Assembly: GCF_000270205.1 (NCBI RefSeq)
Contig: NC_015913.1
Location: 1,470,001-1,502,000 of the forward strand
DNA: 32,000 nucleotides
Origin: Candidatus Arthromitus sp. SFB-mouse-Japan
GTDB lineage: Bacteria > Bacillota > Clostridia > Clostridiales > Clostridiaceae
Direction of reading: 5' to 3'
This document shows positions 1 through 8,785 of the stretch, piece by piece. The notes under the pieces are model-generated. The model had not been told where the DNA came from. It ran no database searches and saw nothing but the letters and a program-made list of their open reading frames with translations. How positions within the stretch are numbered: the stretch's first letter is position 1; every line of letters starts with the position of its first letter. Position numbers and translations under genes: made by a program.

Positions 1-900
1 AATTATGATACAAAATACCAATAAAGAAATTCCTGCATATAAAAGACCTTTTTTTTCACTTTTAGTAAACTTAAATGAATTCTCATCTTGAACTTCAACT
101 TGCTCAACTAAATTATCAGGATTTTGATTTTTTTCAAGTCTTGGAATTATTACATATTCGGTTATAAGTGTTCCAACTATAGTTATTAAAAAAGTAGAAA
201 CTACCATAAAATAATAATTACTTGTTGGATTTACCATATATGATGGATCTATTATATTTGCTGCTGATTGACTAAGTCCACTTAATAATGGATCTATAGT
301 TCCTATAAGAAGATTTGCTGAAAATCCCCCAGAAACACCAGCAAAAGCAGCAGCAATACCGGCTATAGGATTTCTACCAAAACTCTTAAATATTATAGCA
401 CCTAGTGGAACTAACACAACATATCCGGCATCAGAAGCTACATTAGACAAAACTCCTAAAAACACAACAACAATTGTTATCAATCTTTTTGGAGTGCTTA
501 ATATAAGTTTCTTTATTAAAGCATCTATTAAACCAGTTCCTTCAGCCACTCCAACTCCGAGCATAGAAACCAACACGACACCTAAGGGCGCAAAACTTGT
601 AAAATTAGTAACTATACTGGTCAGAAAATTAGACATAGCTTCTTTTGTAAGTAAATTTGTTACCTGAACTTTAACTGCCTCAGATACACCATCTTTTAAT
701 GTTTCATACTCAGCTACAATGTTCATATTACTTAAAATATAAGAAGCAATAACAGTTATTATACTTAATAAAACAAACAATGTTACTGGATCTGGTAACT
801 TATTACCTACAACCTCAATAAAATTAAGACTTTTATTAAGTATCCCAACTTTTTTATTATCTAATGAATGTTTCTCTTTTCTACTTCTTTTTTGAGTCAA
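1..900 (-). CDS. AbgT-family transporter (p-aminobenzoyl-glutamate transporter type), N-terminal 300 codons; the 3' end lies beyond the window start
   Basis: Open minus-strand frame, absent from the ORF track because it runs off the window. Hand translation from TTG at 900: LTQKRSRKEKHSLDNKKVGILNKSLNFIEVVGNKLPDPVTLFVLLSII...LGVVLVSMLGVGVAEGTGLIDALI...SDAGYVVLVPLGAIIF...GVSGGFSANLL. The FIE-x-GNKLPDP motif and repeated TM segments are typical of AbgT. GGAAG SD lies 9 nt upstream of the TTG. Confidence 0.75.
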   Translation of the reverse strand, partial: MTQKRSRKEKHSLDNKKVGILNKSLNFIEVVGNKLPDPVTLFVLLSIITVIASYILSNMNIVAEYETLKDGVSEAVKVQVTNLLTKEAMSNFLTSIVTNFTSFAPLGVVLVSMLGVGVAEGTGLIDALIKKLILSTPKRLITIVVVFLGVLSNVASDAGYVVLVPLGAIIFKSFGRNPIAGIAAAFAGVSGGFSANLLIGTIDPLLSGLSQSAANIIDPSYMVNPTSNYYFMVVSTFLITIVGTLITEYVIIPRLEKNQNPDNLVEQVEVQDENSFKFTKSEKKGLLYAGISLLVFCIII

Positions 901-940
901 ATTATTTATCTTCCTTTCATTTATAAATATTTTAAATTAT

Positions 941-1010
941 AATACTAATATCTCAATATTATTTTAGTATTTGAACAATTATTATACAATATTATTATAA
1001 ATATCTCAAT
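941..1010. promoter_or_regulatory. Candidate operator/promoter elements in the divergent abgT / HAD-hydrolase intergenic region
   Basis: 8-bp inverted repeat AATACTAA (941-948) / TTAGTATT (964-971). 11-nt direct repeat AATATCTCAAT at 947-957 and 1000-1010. Possible plus-strand promoter TTGAAC (971-976), 16 nt spacer, TATTAT (993-998). AT-rich background makes chance matches likely. Confidence 0.25.
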
Positions 1011-1058
1011 GAAAAAAACATTTTTTTGTTAAATTATATAATTAAAGGAGATTCTTAA

Positions 1059-1886
1059 ATGTCAAATATAAAACTTTGCGTATTTGATTTAGATGGTACA
1101 CTTTTAAATTCTAACAAGGAAATTACAAAGGAAACACTACAAGCTTTGCAAAAACTAAAAAATAAAAATATACAATACACAATAGCAACTGGAAGAATAG
1201 ACATCCTCGCTAGAAAGTATCAAAAACAAATAAAATCCAACTTACCTATAATATCTTGTAATGGATCTCTCATACGTGATTTATCTAATAATATACTTTA
1301 TAAAAAATCTTTAGATTTCAATATTGTTAAAAATTTAGTAGACTTCTATAATTTAAATAATCTAAACTTTATGTTATATACTGAAACTGCTATATTAAGT
1401 ACGCCCAATAATCCAAGATTAAAATTACTAGAAAAACTAAATCTATCATCGGATCTAAAAGATAAATTTGAAGTTGAAATAATACATAAAGATATACAAA
1501 ACTATTCTAATCTATCATTTTTAAAATCACTAACACACATAGATAATAGAGAAAAACTTTTAAATATAGAATCTCAATTAAATAAAAAATTTAAAAATTT
1601 ATCTATTGTATCATCAGATGAAAAATTACTCGATATAATGCCTCCAGGTGTAAATAAAGGAACTGCACTCCATAATTTATGTAAAATATTAGACATCGAT
1701 AAAAATGAAATTATTGTATTTGGTGATAACTTTAACGATATAGAAATGATTAATTTTGCACATATATCTGTTGTCCCTTCAAACAGTGAACAACATATAA
1801 AAAATATGGCAACATATGTAACAAAAAGTAACGACGATAATGGTATTGCCTTTGCAATAAATGAATTCATACTAAAGAGTGTGTAG
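1059..1886 (+). CDS. Cof-type HAD-IIB family hydrolase (sugar-phosphate phosphatase-like)
   Basis: N-terminal HAD motif I, CVFDLDGTLL. C-terminal motif GDNFNDIEM (HAD motif IV, GDxxND). Length and cap region fit the Cof subfamily. AGGAG SD 8 nt upstream of the ATG. Confidence 0.85.
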   Translation: MSNIKLCVFDLDGTLLNSNKEITKETLQALQKLKNKNIQYTIATGRIDILARKYQKQIKSNLPIISCNGSLIRDLSNNILYKKSLDFNIVKNLVDFYNLNNLNFMLYTETAILSTPNNPRLKLLEKLNLSSDLKDKFEVEIIHKDIQNYSNLSFLKSLTHIDNREKLLNIESQLNKKFKNLSIVSSDEKLLDIMPPGVNKGTALHNLCKILDIDKNEIIVFGDNFNDIEMINFAHISVVPSNSEQHIKNMATYVTKSNDDNGIAFAINEFILKSV

Positions 1887-1910
1887 TATAAAAATACTAC
1901 ACACTCTTTA
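1873..1910. terminator. Perfect 16-bp stem / 6-nt loop hairpin spanning the stop codons of two convergent genes
   Basis: TAAAGAGTGTGTAGTA (1873-1888), loop TAAAAA, TACTACACACTCTTTA (1895-1910). No clean U-tract follows on either strand, so it may act as a 3' stabiliser rather than a canonical intrinsic terminator. Confidence 0.5.
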
Positions 1911-3252
1911 ATTTAAGATTAATAGCCCCTACAATATCATCAACAATATTTTTAATCATATCCATATCTTCACCTTCAGCCATGATCCTAATTAAATTCT
2001 CTGTTCCGGATTCTCTAACTAAAATTCTACCATTCCCTGAAAGCTCATTCTCATATCTATTTATCAAGTCATTAACTTCTTTATCCTCTTTATATATCCT
2101 TTTATTAAATTCATCAACCTCTATATTAACTAATAATTGTGGAAATTCCTTTATAACTGAACATAAATCTTTTAAACTCTTTCCTTTTTCCTTAACTATC
2201 TTGCTTATTATTAAAGATGTTAAAATTCCATCACCTGTTTTATTATCAAAAAGTATTATGTGCCCAGATTGCTCTCCTCCAACTACATAATCATTCTCAT
2301 TCATGTTTTGAAAAACATACTTATCTCCAACACCTACTGTAGATATAGATATATCAAACTTATCTAAAGATTTATAAAGTCCCAAATTACTCATAACTGT
2401 TACGACTATTGTATTCTTATTTAAAATTCCTTGTTCCTTAAAATAAATAGCAATTAAACCCATTATATGATCACCATTTATTATATTACCCTCATGATCA
2501 ACAGCTAAGCATCTATCTGCATCTCCATCATATGCAAATCCTAAATCGCAATTATTTTCAACAACAAATTTAGATATCTCATCCATATATGTAGATCCAC
2601 ATTTATTATTAATATTAACCCCATTAGGATAATCGTTTATAATCAAAAACTCAGCACCTGTAGCCTCAAATACTCTTCTTGCAATAGAATAAGCTGCACC
2701 ATTAGCACAATCTACACCAATTTTCAACCCACTTAAATCATTTTTTCCCAAATTACTCAACAAAAAATCAATGTAATCGGTAATCATTTCACTAGAAAAT
2801 TCAATTTTACCAATATCATCAAAACCATCCATATTGCTAACATTTAATAAATTAAAATACAAATTCTCAATTTCATTTTCTAAATCATCATTAAGTTTTA
2901 CACCATTACTATCAAAAAACTTTATTCCATTATACTCATATGGATTATGTGATGCAGAAATCATAACACCACCAAGCAACTTAAATTTTTGAATTAAATA
3001 AGCTATAGCTGGTGTAGGAACATTCGATACTCTTATAACATCTATACCAGTAGATGCTATACCTGCACATATACTATACTCAATCATAGAGCTTGAAATT
3101 CTTGTATCAATGCCCACAACTATTTTTCTATTATCTATCACACCTTTAGATAATACCTTAGCTCCACACTTACCAATATTATAAGCAAGTTCTCCAGTTA
3201 ATTTAATATTTGCGATTCCTCTAATACCATCTGTACCAAATAATTTACCCAT
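1897..3252 (-). CDS. glmM: Phosphoglucosamine mutase
   Basis: MGKLFGTDGIRG start. Active-site serine loop SASHNPYEYNGIKF, metal loop DGDADR, GEQSGH sugar-binding loop. AGGAG SD upstream. Confidence 0.95.
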   Translation of the reverse strand: MGKLFGTDGIRGIANIKLTGELAYNIGKCGAKVLSKGVIDNRKIVVGIDTRISSSMIEYSICAGIASTGIDVIRVSNVPTPAIAYLIQKFKLLGGVMISASHNPYEYNGIKFFDSNGVKLNDDLENEIENLYFNLLNVSNMDGFDDIGKIEFSSEMITDYIDFLLSNLGKNDLSGLKIGVDCANGAAYSIARRVFEATGAEFLIINDYPNGVNINNKCGSTYMDEISKFVVENNCDLGFAYDGDADRCLAVDHEGNIINGDHIMGLIAIYFKEQGILNKNTIVVTVMSNLGLYKSLDKFDISISTVGVGDKYVFQNMNENDYVVGGEQSGHIILFDNKTGDGILTSLIISKIVKEKGKSLKDLCSVIKEFPQLLVNIEVDEFNKRIYKEDKEVNDLINRYENELSGNGRILVRESGTENLIRIMAEGEDMDMIKNIVDDIVGAINLKLKSV

Positions 3253-3267
3253 AAATTAACTCCTTAT

Positions 3268-3795
3268 TTACACAAAATCATATCCTATTTTCAAAGCCCT
3301 TTTATTATCTTCAATACTAAATTTAGCATTAGTATAACTAGTAAAAACATCAAATATAGAATCCATAGATATTTTATTCATAACCTTAATTAAAGATCCA
3401 AGCATAACAATATTCCCAAAAACCTTTTCTGATATACTTTTAGCCATACTCTGAATAGGTATATCCAAATAATTAACACTTGATCTTCTATTATATGATT
3501 TAACTATATCTGAGTTAATAAGCATAAATCCACTATCCAAAACCTTACTTTCATATTTATTAAAAGATGGATAATTCATAGCAACCATGTATTTAGGCCT
3601 AAGTACAATCGGCGATAAAATCTTTCTATCACTCATTACAACAGAACAACTTGCTGTTCCTCCTCTCATTTCTGGGCCATAGGATGGGAACCATGTAACA
3701 TTTAATCCACTCTCAAGTGCAGCATAAGACAACATTTTTGATATAAATAATATACCTTGTCCCCCAAAACCAGAAAATAAAACTTCCAAATTCAT
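3268..3795 (-). CDS. 2-oxoacid:ferredoxin oxidoreductase, gamma subunit
   Basis: FSGFGGQGILF and PSYGPEMRGGTA motifs of the OFOR gamma family. The track ORF starts at 3855 and overlaps the beta subunit by 50 nt. I prefer the ATG at 3795 (MNLEVLFSG...), 10 nt after the beta stop. Confidence 0.85.
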   Translation of the reverse strand: MNLEVLFSGFGGQGILFISKMLSYAALESGLNVTWFPSYGPEMRGGTASCSVVMSDRKILSPIVLRPKYMVAMNYPSFNKYESKVLDSGFMLINSDIVKSYNRRSSVNYLDIPIQSMAKSISEKVFGNIVMLGSLIKVMNKISMDSIFDVFTSYTNAKFSIEDNKRALKIGYDFV

Positions 3796-3805
3796 ATTAT
3801 CAACT

Positions 3806-4537
3806 CTATTCCTTAAATATTTTAATATCAAATTCTTTACACATATTCTCTTCAACCCATTTTAATGAATCTACTGCACTTTTTCCCCAATTAGTTGGGC
3901 ATGTTGATAATATTTCTATTAAACAAAACCCTTCACCATTTCTAACATACTCAAAAGCTTTACTTATGGACTTTTTAGTATTTATAATACCCTTTAAATT
4001 ATGAGTTGAAACTCTTTCCAAATATCTAACACTCTCTATAGTTTCAAGCATTTCACATATCTTAATAGGAGTACCATAATGATCCTTATTTCTACCCATA
4101 GGAGTAGTCTCTGTAACCTGACCATTTAACGTCGTAGGTGCCATTTGCCCTCCTGTCATTCCATAGGTTCCATTATTTATAAATATAACAACTATATTTT
4201 CTCCTCTTGAAGCTGCATGTATAATTTCAGAAGTCCCTATAGCAGCCAAATCCCCGTCCCCTTGATAAGTAAATACAACTCTATCTTTTAAAAGCCTTGA
4301 CACAGCAGTTGCTACTGATGGTGCTCGTCCATGTGCCGCACTAATAAAATCACAATTTATATACTCATATATAAAAACTGAACATCCTACTGATGCAATC
4401 CCAACTGATTTATCTAATATATCAAGCTCATCTAAGACTTCAGCAATAATATTATTTATTATTCCATGAGTACATCCTGGACAATAATGACTCTTAACAT
4501 CTATAATTCCTTTAGAAGGTTTAAACTTTATACTCAT
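3806..4537 (-). CDS. 2-oxoacid:ferredoxin oxidoreductase, beta (TPP-binding) subunit
   Basis: CPGCTHG N-terminal motif. TPP/Mg motif GDGDLAAIG...NNGTYGMTGGQ. AGGAG SD upstream. 17-nt overlap with the alpha subunit. Confidence 0.9.
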   Translation of the reverse strand: MSIKFKPSKGIIDVKSHYCPGCTHGIINNIIAEVLDELDILDKSVGIASVGCSVFIYEYINCDFISAAHGRAPSVATAVSRLLKDRVVFTYQGDGDLAAIGTSEIIHAASRGENIVVIFINNGTYGMTGGQMAPTTLNGQVTETTPMGRNKDHYGTPIKICEMLETIESVRYLERVSTHNLKGIINTKKSISKAFEYVRNGEGFCLIEILSTCPTNWGKSAVDSLKWVEENMCKEFDIKIFKE

Positions 4538-5621
4538 TAACTTCTCCTTTAATAATACCTTTCACATATTTGATTACACTCTCATAATCTATTATATCTC
4601 CAGAAACCTCTGCATAAGAATAAACTTTATTATTACCATAAGAAGATAAAATTACATCTTCAATCATTTGTCCAAAATTCATCTCAACACATAAAAATCC
4701 ATATTTAGTATTCTCAGACATATGCTTTATAATATCATAAGGAAATGGCCATAAAGTTATGGGTCTAATTATACCAACTTCTATATTTTCCTTCTTTAAT
4801 TCCTCAGCAGCTTTTTCACATGTTCTTGAAATCATGCCAAAACATACCAAAATAATATCTACTTTTTTATCTAAATAAATTTTTTCATATCTAATCTCAT
4901 TTTTCTTTATTTGTAAATATTTATTACTAAGATTATCCATATGCCTCTTCAAATCATCATTATCTAAATTTAATGATTTTATTATATTTCTATTCTTCCT
5001 ATGTAATTTACCATTTGAACTCCATGGCTTTAAGCTTATTATATCACTTAACGTATGCACCCTATCTTCATATTCATCCTCTATATCTAATGACTCCATA
5101 ACTTGTCCGAGAGTACCATCTAAAAATATAATTACTGGATTTCTATATTTATCAGCTAAATCAAACGCCTCTATCGTTAAATCATATATTTCTTGAACAC
5201 TGTTTGGCGCTAAAACAATGGCTCTAACTCCTCCATGCCCCAATCCTTTAGTCATAAAAAAATAGTCCTGTTGAGAAGGTTGTATTCCTCCTAGTCCTGG
5301 TCCAACACGGCACACATTAACTATAACGCATGGAAGTTCAGATCCAACTATATAAGATATACCTTCCGCTTTTAAACTCATTCCAGGACTAGCTGTTGAA
5401 GTCATAACCCTAAATCCTGCTGCTGCTGCTCCATAAACCATATTAATCGCAGAAATTTCACTCTCAGCTTGAATAATTAGCCTATTATGTTCCGGCATTT
5501 TTTTTGATAAATATGCAACTAGCTCTGTCTGCGGAGTTATAGGATATCCAAAAAACGCATTACATCCAGCTCTTATAGTAGCCTTCCCTAAAGCTTCACA
5601 TCCTTTACATAAAATTCTCAA
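4521..5621 (-). CDS. 2-oxoacid:ferredoxin oxidoreductase, alpha subunit
   Basis: GYPITPQTE, AESEISAINMVYGAAAAG and TSTASPGMSL motifs typical of KorA/VorB/PorA-type alpha subunits. TTG start with GAGGGG SD 8 nt upstream. Substrate (2-oxoglutarate, 2-oxoisovalerate or pyruvate) cannot be assigned by eye. Confidence 0.9.
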   Translation of the reverse strand: MRILCKGCEALGKATIRAGCNAFFGYPITPQTELVAYLSKKMPEHNRLIIQAESEISAINMVYGAAAAGFRVMTSTASPGMSLKAEGISYIVGSELPCVIVNVCRVGPGLGGIQPSQQDYFFMTKGLGHGGVRAIVLAPNSVQEIYDLTIEAFDLADKYRNPVIIFLDGTLGQVMESLDIEDEYEDRVHTLSDIISLKPWSSNGKLHRKNRNIIKSLNLDNDDLKRHMDNLSNKYLQIKKNEIRYEKIYLDKKVDIILVCFGMISRTCEKAAEELKKENIEVGIIRPITLWPFPYDIIKHMSENTKYGFLCVEMNFGQMIEDVILSSYGNNKVYSYAEVSGDIIDYESVIKYVKGIIKGEVNEYKV

Positions 5622-5626
5622 TATTA

Positions 5627-5860
5627 TTACCCCTCATTATTAATTATAGTTATTACTGAATCTGGACATATCCTAAAACAAGATCCACATCCTATACATT
5701 TTTTTTGATTATCTAAAGTTATCCTAGCAAAATTATATCCTATTATATTTAAATTATCTGACATACTTATTATCCCTTTAGGACAAAATGTCTCACATAA
5801 TCTACATCCTTTACACCTATCTTCCCTAAATAATACTTTATAAATAATTATCACCTCCAT
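5627..5860 (-). CDS. 2-oxoacid:ferredoxin oxidoreductase, delta subunit (2x[4Fe-4S] ferredoxin)
   Basis: Two cluster motifs: CKGCRLCETFCP and CIGCGSCFRICP. Start is uncertain: the ATG at 5860 has no upstream SD and itself sits inside ATGGAGGTGA. Confidence 0.8.
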   Translation of the reverse strand: MEVIIIYKVLFREDRCKGCRLCETFCPKGIISMSDNLNIIGYNFARITLDNQKKCIGCGSCFRICPDSVITIINNEG

Positions 5861-5880
5861 TCTAACATTAAAATTTAATT

Positions 5881-6843
5881 CTACTGATCAATTTTACTAA
5901 CCTTAACTTTTATAACTACAGAATTTTTATTATCAATAGTTTCTATACCACTTGCTATCTTAAAAGGTACTTCTATTATGGAGTTTTCAGTTATTTCTGA
6001 CAAATTTACACTCTCAGATGAAATTTTATATATATTTGATATAACATCCTCTATACCTATTATTTTTATTACCTTAGGAATAACTTCAACACTTTCTAGT
6101 TTCAACCCTTCTGGTAAATTATTAATAAATGGTACATCAATTTCTACTTCTTTCATAGCCCTAACCATAATATACATCTCTACAACATCTGGATATATAT
6201 CTAAAAACTCATTTATTTCCTTACCATCTTTATTTAAAAATTTAACCTTTAAACTCTGATATATATCCTGTTTTAAATCGGTAAAACTTGCGTTAACAAC
6301 TGCTTTATCTACTTCATTTACATATTTAGATGCTCCCGATACTATAACATATTCAGGAGTTATTACAGGTTCAAAAGAATAAAATCCATCTATATTAACA
6401 TTATCAATTACTTTATCTATAGATACTCTTTTCTCAACAAATTCATCTATTTGAACTTTAATATCCAAATCATTAGGCTTTGTTATAGATATATTTGGAG
6501 GAATACTCCTTATATATCCCCTAACTATATTTTCACCCTTTTGAAGATCATATAAGCTTAAGTCTAAAAATATCTCAAAATTATCAGGTTTCAAATTATA
6601 AATATCATTTGCCTTACCTTCTACACTCAAATTAACCGTAAATTTTTGATTAGGTAAAACAATCAATCCATTTTTCTTAAGACTCAAACTATTTATAACA
6701 TTAACAGGTATGTTATAAACTTTAGTAGTTAATACAGGATTCAAAGAGATAACTATATATACCCAAAGTATAAATGAAATTACAAAACATAATATCTTCA
6801 CAATTATTCCTTGTGTTTGTTTTTTACTTTTCCCCTTATCCAA
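5881..6843 (-). CDS. cdaR: YbbR-domain protein (CdaA regulator CdaR)
   Basis: N-terminal TM anchor followed by repeated ~80-aa beta-rich YbbR-like units, directly downstream of cdaA as in other Firmicutes. Start is uncertain: TTG at 6843 (40-nt overlap with cdaA, SD too close) or GTG at 6801 (AAGGAA SD 5 nt upstream). Confidence 0.8.
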   Translation of the reverse strand: MDKGKSKKQTQGIIVKILCFVISFILWVYIVISLNPVLTTKVYNIPVNVINSLSLKKNGLIVLPNQKFTVNLSVEGKANDIYNLKPDNFEIFLDLSLYDLQKGENIVRGYIRSIPPNISITKPNDLDIKVQIDEFVEKRVSIDKVIDNVNIDGFYSFEPVITPEYVIVSGASKYVNEVDKAVVNASFTDLKQDIYQSLKVKFLNKDGKEINEFLDIYPDVVEMYIMVRAMKEVEIDVPFINNLPEGLKLESVEVIPKVIKIIGIEDVISNIYKISSESVNLSEITENSIIEVPFKIASGIETIDNKNSVVIKVKVSKIDQ

Positions 6844-7664
6844 CCTTTTACCCTACCTTTAAATGATGATGTTTTTAAGCTATTATACTCAAACATCCTA
6901 TTTAGTAAAGAATTTAACTTTTCAAAATCATAATTTCTAGTTATCTTACCATTTACGAATAAAGATATAATTCCTGTTTCTTCTGATACCACAATAACAG
7001 CAGAATCACTTACCTCGGATATACCAAGAGCAGCCCTATGACGTGTCCCCAAACTCTTATCTATATTTTGATAACTCAACGGAAGGAAACAACCAGCCGC
7101 CTCAATTAAACCACCCTTTATAACTATAGCTCCATCATGAAGAGGACTATTAGGAAAAAATATAGTCTCTATTAACTCAGATTTTACCTTCGAATTAATC
7201 GTTGTACCACTCTCTATAATATCTCCAAGTTTTGTATTTCTCTCGATTACAATCAATGCTCCAATATTTTTATTAGACATGTTCGCAATAGCTTTACATA
7301 TTTCCACTATAAAATCATTTTTAATATACTCATAATTTTTATTATATCTATTTCTATCTGAAAATGCACTCCTGCCTAAATGTTCTAAAGCCTTTCTTAT
7401 CTCTGGTTGAAACAATATAACAATTGTCAAAACTCCTATAGTTAAAGTATTTTTTAATATTGAATATACCATAGTTAAATTTAAAAGATAACTAATAGGC
7501 ATAAGAAATAACATAAATAAAATACCCTTTAACAATTGTTCCGCTCTTGTTTCTTTTATTAACATGTAAACCTTATATAAAGCATATGCTACTATAGATA
7601 TATCTATTAAATCAAATAGATTAATATTTTTTATAGTATTAAAAACTATATTTAAAAAACCCAA
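6804..7664 (-). CDS. cdaA: Diadenylate cyclase (c-di-AMP synthase), membrane-anchored CdaA type
   Basis: Three N-terminal TM helices, then a DAC domain with DGAIVI, GTRHRAALGISEVSDSAVIVVSEETG. TTG start with AGAGGT SD 6 nt upstream. Confidence 0.92.
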   Translation of the reverse strand: MGFLNIVFNTIKNINLFDLIDISIVAYALYKVYMLIKETRAEQLLKGILFMLFLMPISYLLNLTMVYSILKNTLTIGVLTIVILFQPEIRKALEHLGRSAFSDRNRYNKNYEYIKNDFIVEICKAIANMSNKNIGALIVIERNTKLGDIIESGTTINSKVKSELIETIFFPNSPLHDGAIVIKGGLIEAAGCFLPLSYQNIDKSLGTRHRAALGISEVSDSAVIVVSEETGIISLFVNGKITRNYDFEKLNSLLNRMFEYNSLKTSSFKGRVKGWIRGKVKNKHKE

Positions 7665-7750
7665 TTATTTACCTCTTTTTTCTTTTTTAAGAATTTATTA
7701 ACTAAATAAATAATATAATAAACTAACTAATTTTAAAAGGGGAGAAAATT

Positions 7751-8713
7751 TTGTATATAAAAAAAACTCTATTTAAATTTATATCCATATTCCTATTTGT
7801 TATTTTTTTTAGTATATGTTGTTTTATAACATACTTAATTATAAAGAAAGAACATAACCATAAATATAAATTAGATTCCTATATATCATATCTAAATAGC
7901 ACATATAAAATTTTAGATAATGATATAAATTCCGAGGAAAACATAAATAAATCTCTTGATAACATAAATATAATGCAAAAATCTAAAAAAAATTTAAATA
8001 CATCTATGAAATTAAATGAGATAGAAACATTTAATCACCTAATACATTCCTCTGAATTATATATTAAACAATTACAAAACCTCAAAAATGACAAAAACAC
8101 TATAAATGAAAATATAGTTTCCTTAAAAAACTATTTTGACGATATATTATCTAGTCTGAAATCTTTACCCGCAAATTCAAATTTATTAAATGAAATAATT
8201 GAAACAATCACAAATGTACAAACTGCATATGAAAATAATTTTTATACAGAAAAAATAAACTCCATATCAAATGTAAACTTACATAATTTTATAAATAAAC
8301 TCAATTCTATACTGTATGATTTTCTCCCACTTATGGAAAACATAGAGGAAAAACTAAATCAGGCTAGAGAAAATAAATATGATTATCAGCTAATTATTAA
8401 TAAGTTAGAAAAAAATCTAACTGTAAATGATAATCTTAAAATATCTTTGTCGAAATTACCTATTCCACAAGATGGACTCAATTTATACCATCAAATGGAG
8501 GAAATCTTAGAAACATACAATGAATATAATACAAAATTAAAATACTGTATTAAAAATGAAAATTTATCAAAAAAAGAAGAATTGACTAAAGAATTTATAG
8601 GTAAAATATATGAACAGACAGATTATATATATTCAAAACTTTTAAACCAATATAACACCTTAAAGCATAAAATAGATTCTAAATTAAGTATCTCAACTTA
8701 CTTATATAAATAA
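7751..8713 (+). CDS. Hypothetical N-terminally membrane-anchored, Asn/Lys-rich, predicted all-helical protein
   Basis: TTG start with GGGGAG SD. Residues ~6-31 (LFKFISIFLFVIFFSICCFITYLII) form one TM segment with no obvious cleavage site. The rest is low-complexity N/K/I/L-rich with coiled-coil-like periodicity. I recognise no family motif. Confidence 0.6.
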   Translation: MYIKKTLFKFISIFLFVIFFSICCFITYLIIKKEHNHKYKLDSYISYLNSTYKILDNDINSEENINKSLDNINIMQKSKKNLNTSMKLNEIETFNHLIHSSELYIKQLQNLKNDKNTINENIVSLKNYFDDILSSLKSLPANSNLLNEIIETITNVQTAYENNFYTEKINSISNVNLHNFINKLNSILYDFLPLMENIEEKLNQARENKYDYQLIINKLEKNLTVNDNLKISLSKLPIPQDGLNLYHQMEEILETYNEYNTKLKYCIKNENLSKKEELTKEFIGKIYEQTDYIYSKLLNQYNTLKHKIDSKLSISTYLYK

Positions 8714-8785
8714 ACTAATAATTTTCAAAATTTTTGTACAAAATAAAAACGATTTACTATACCTTTAAATTTTTCGGAGGTATTT

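Noticed and set aside
1574-1870. 98-aa minus-strand ORF inside the Cof hydrolase gene. The same applies to the other antisense track ORFs: 1982-2290, 5978-6259, 11327-11533, 12008-12373, 16198-16494, 18789-18977, 19446-19781, 25617-26009, 26567-26764, 28846-29073 and 31555-31797.
   Set aside because: Each lies fully antisense to a gene with clear family motifs. They have low-complexity, Ser/Leu/Ile/Phe-rich translations typical of shadow frames opposite AT-rich coding sequence, and no SD. They are not independent genes.
3796-3855. N-terminal extensions in the ORF track: OFOR gamma to 3855, ptsI to 12708, adk to 23051, rpsE to 25492, rplE to 27664, rplP to 29288, rpsC to 30002.
   Set aside because: The extensions overlap upstream genes or sit on top of the SD sequence. 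Internal starts give canonical family N-termini with proper SD spacing, so I trimmed them rather than treat the overlaps as unusual biology.
6804-6843. Long gene overlaps (cdaA/cdaR 40 nt, ecfA1/ecfA2 25 nt, OFOR alpha/beta 17 nt) considered as possible programmed frameshift or fusion sites.
   Set aside because: No slippery heptamer or downstream structure is evident. Both partners have their own start codons, and the cdaR overlap probably disappears with the alternative GTG start at 6801. Ordinary translational coupling explains them.
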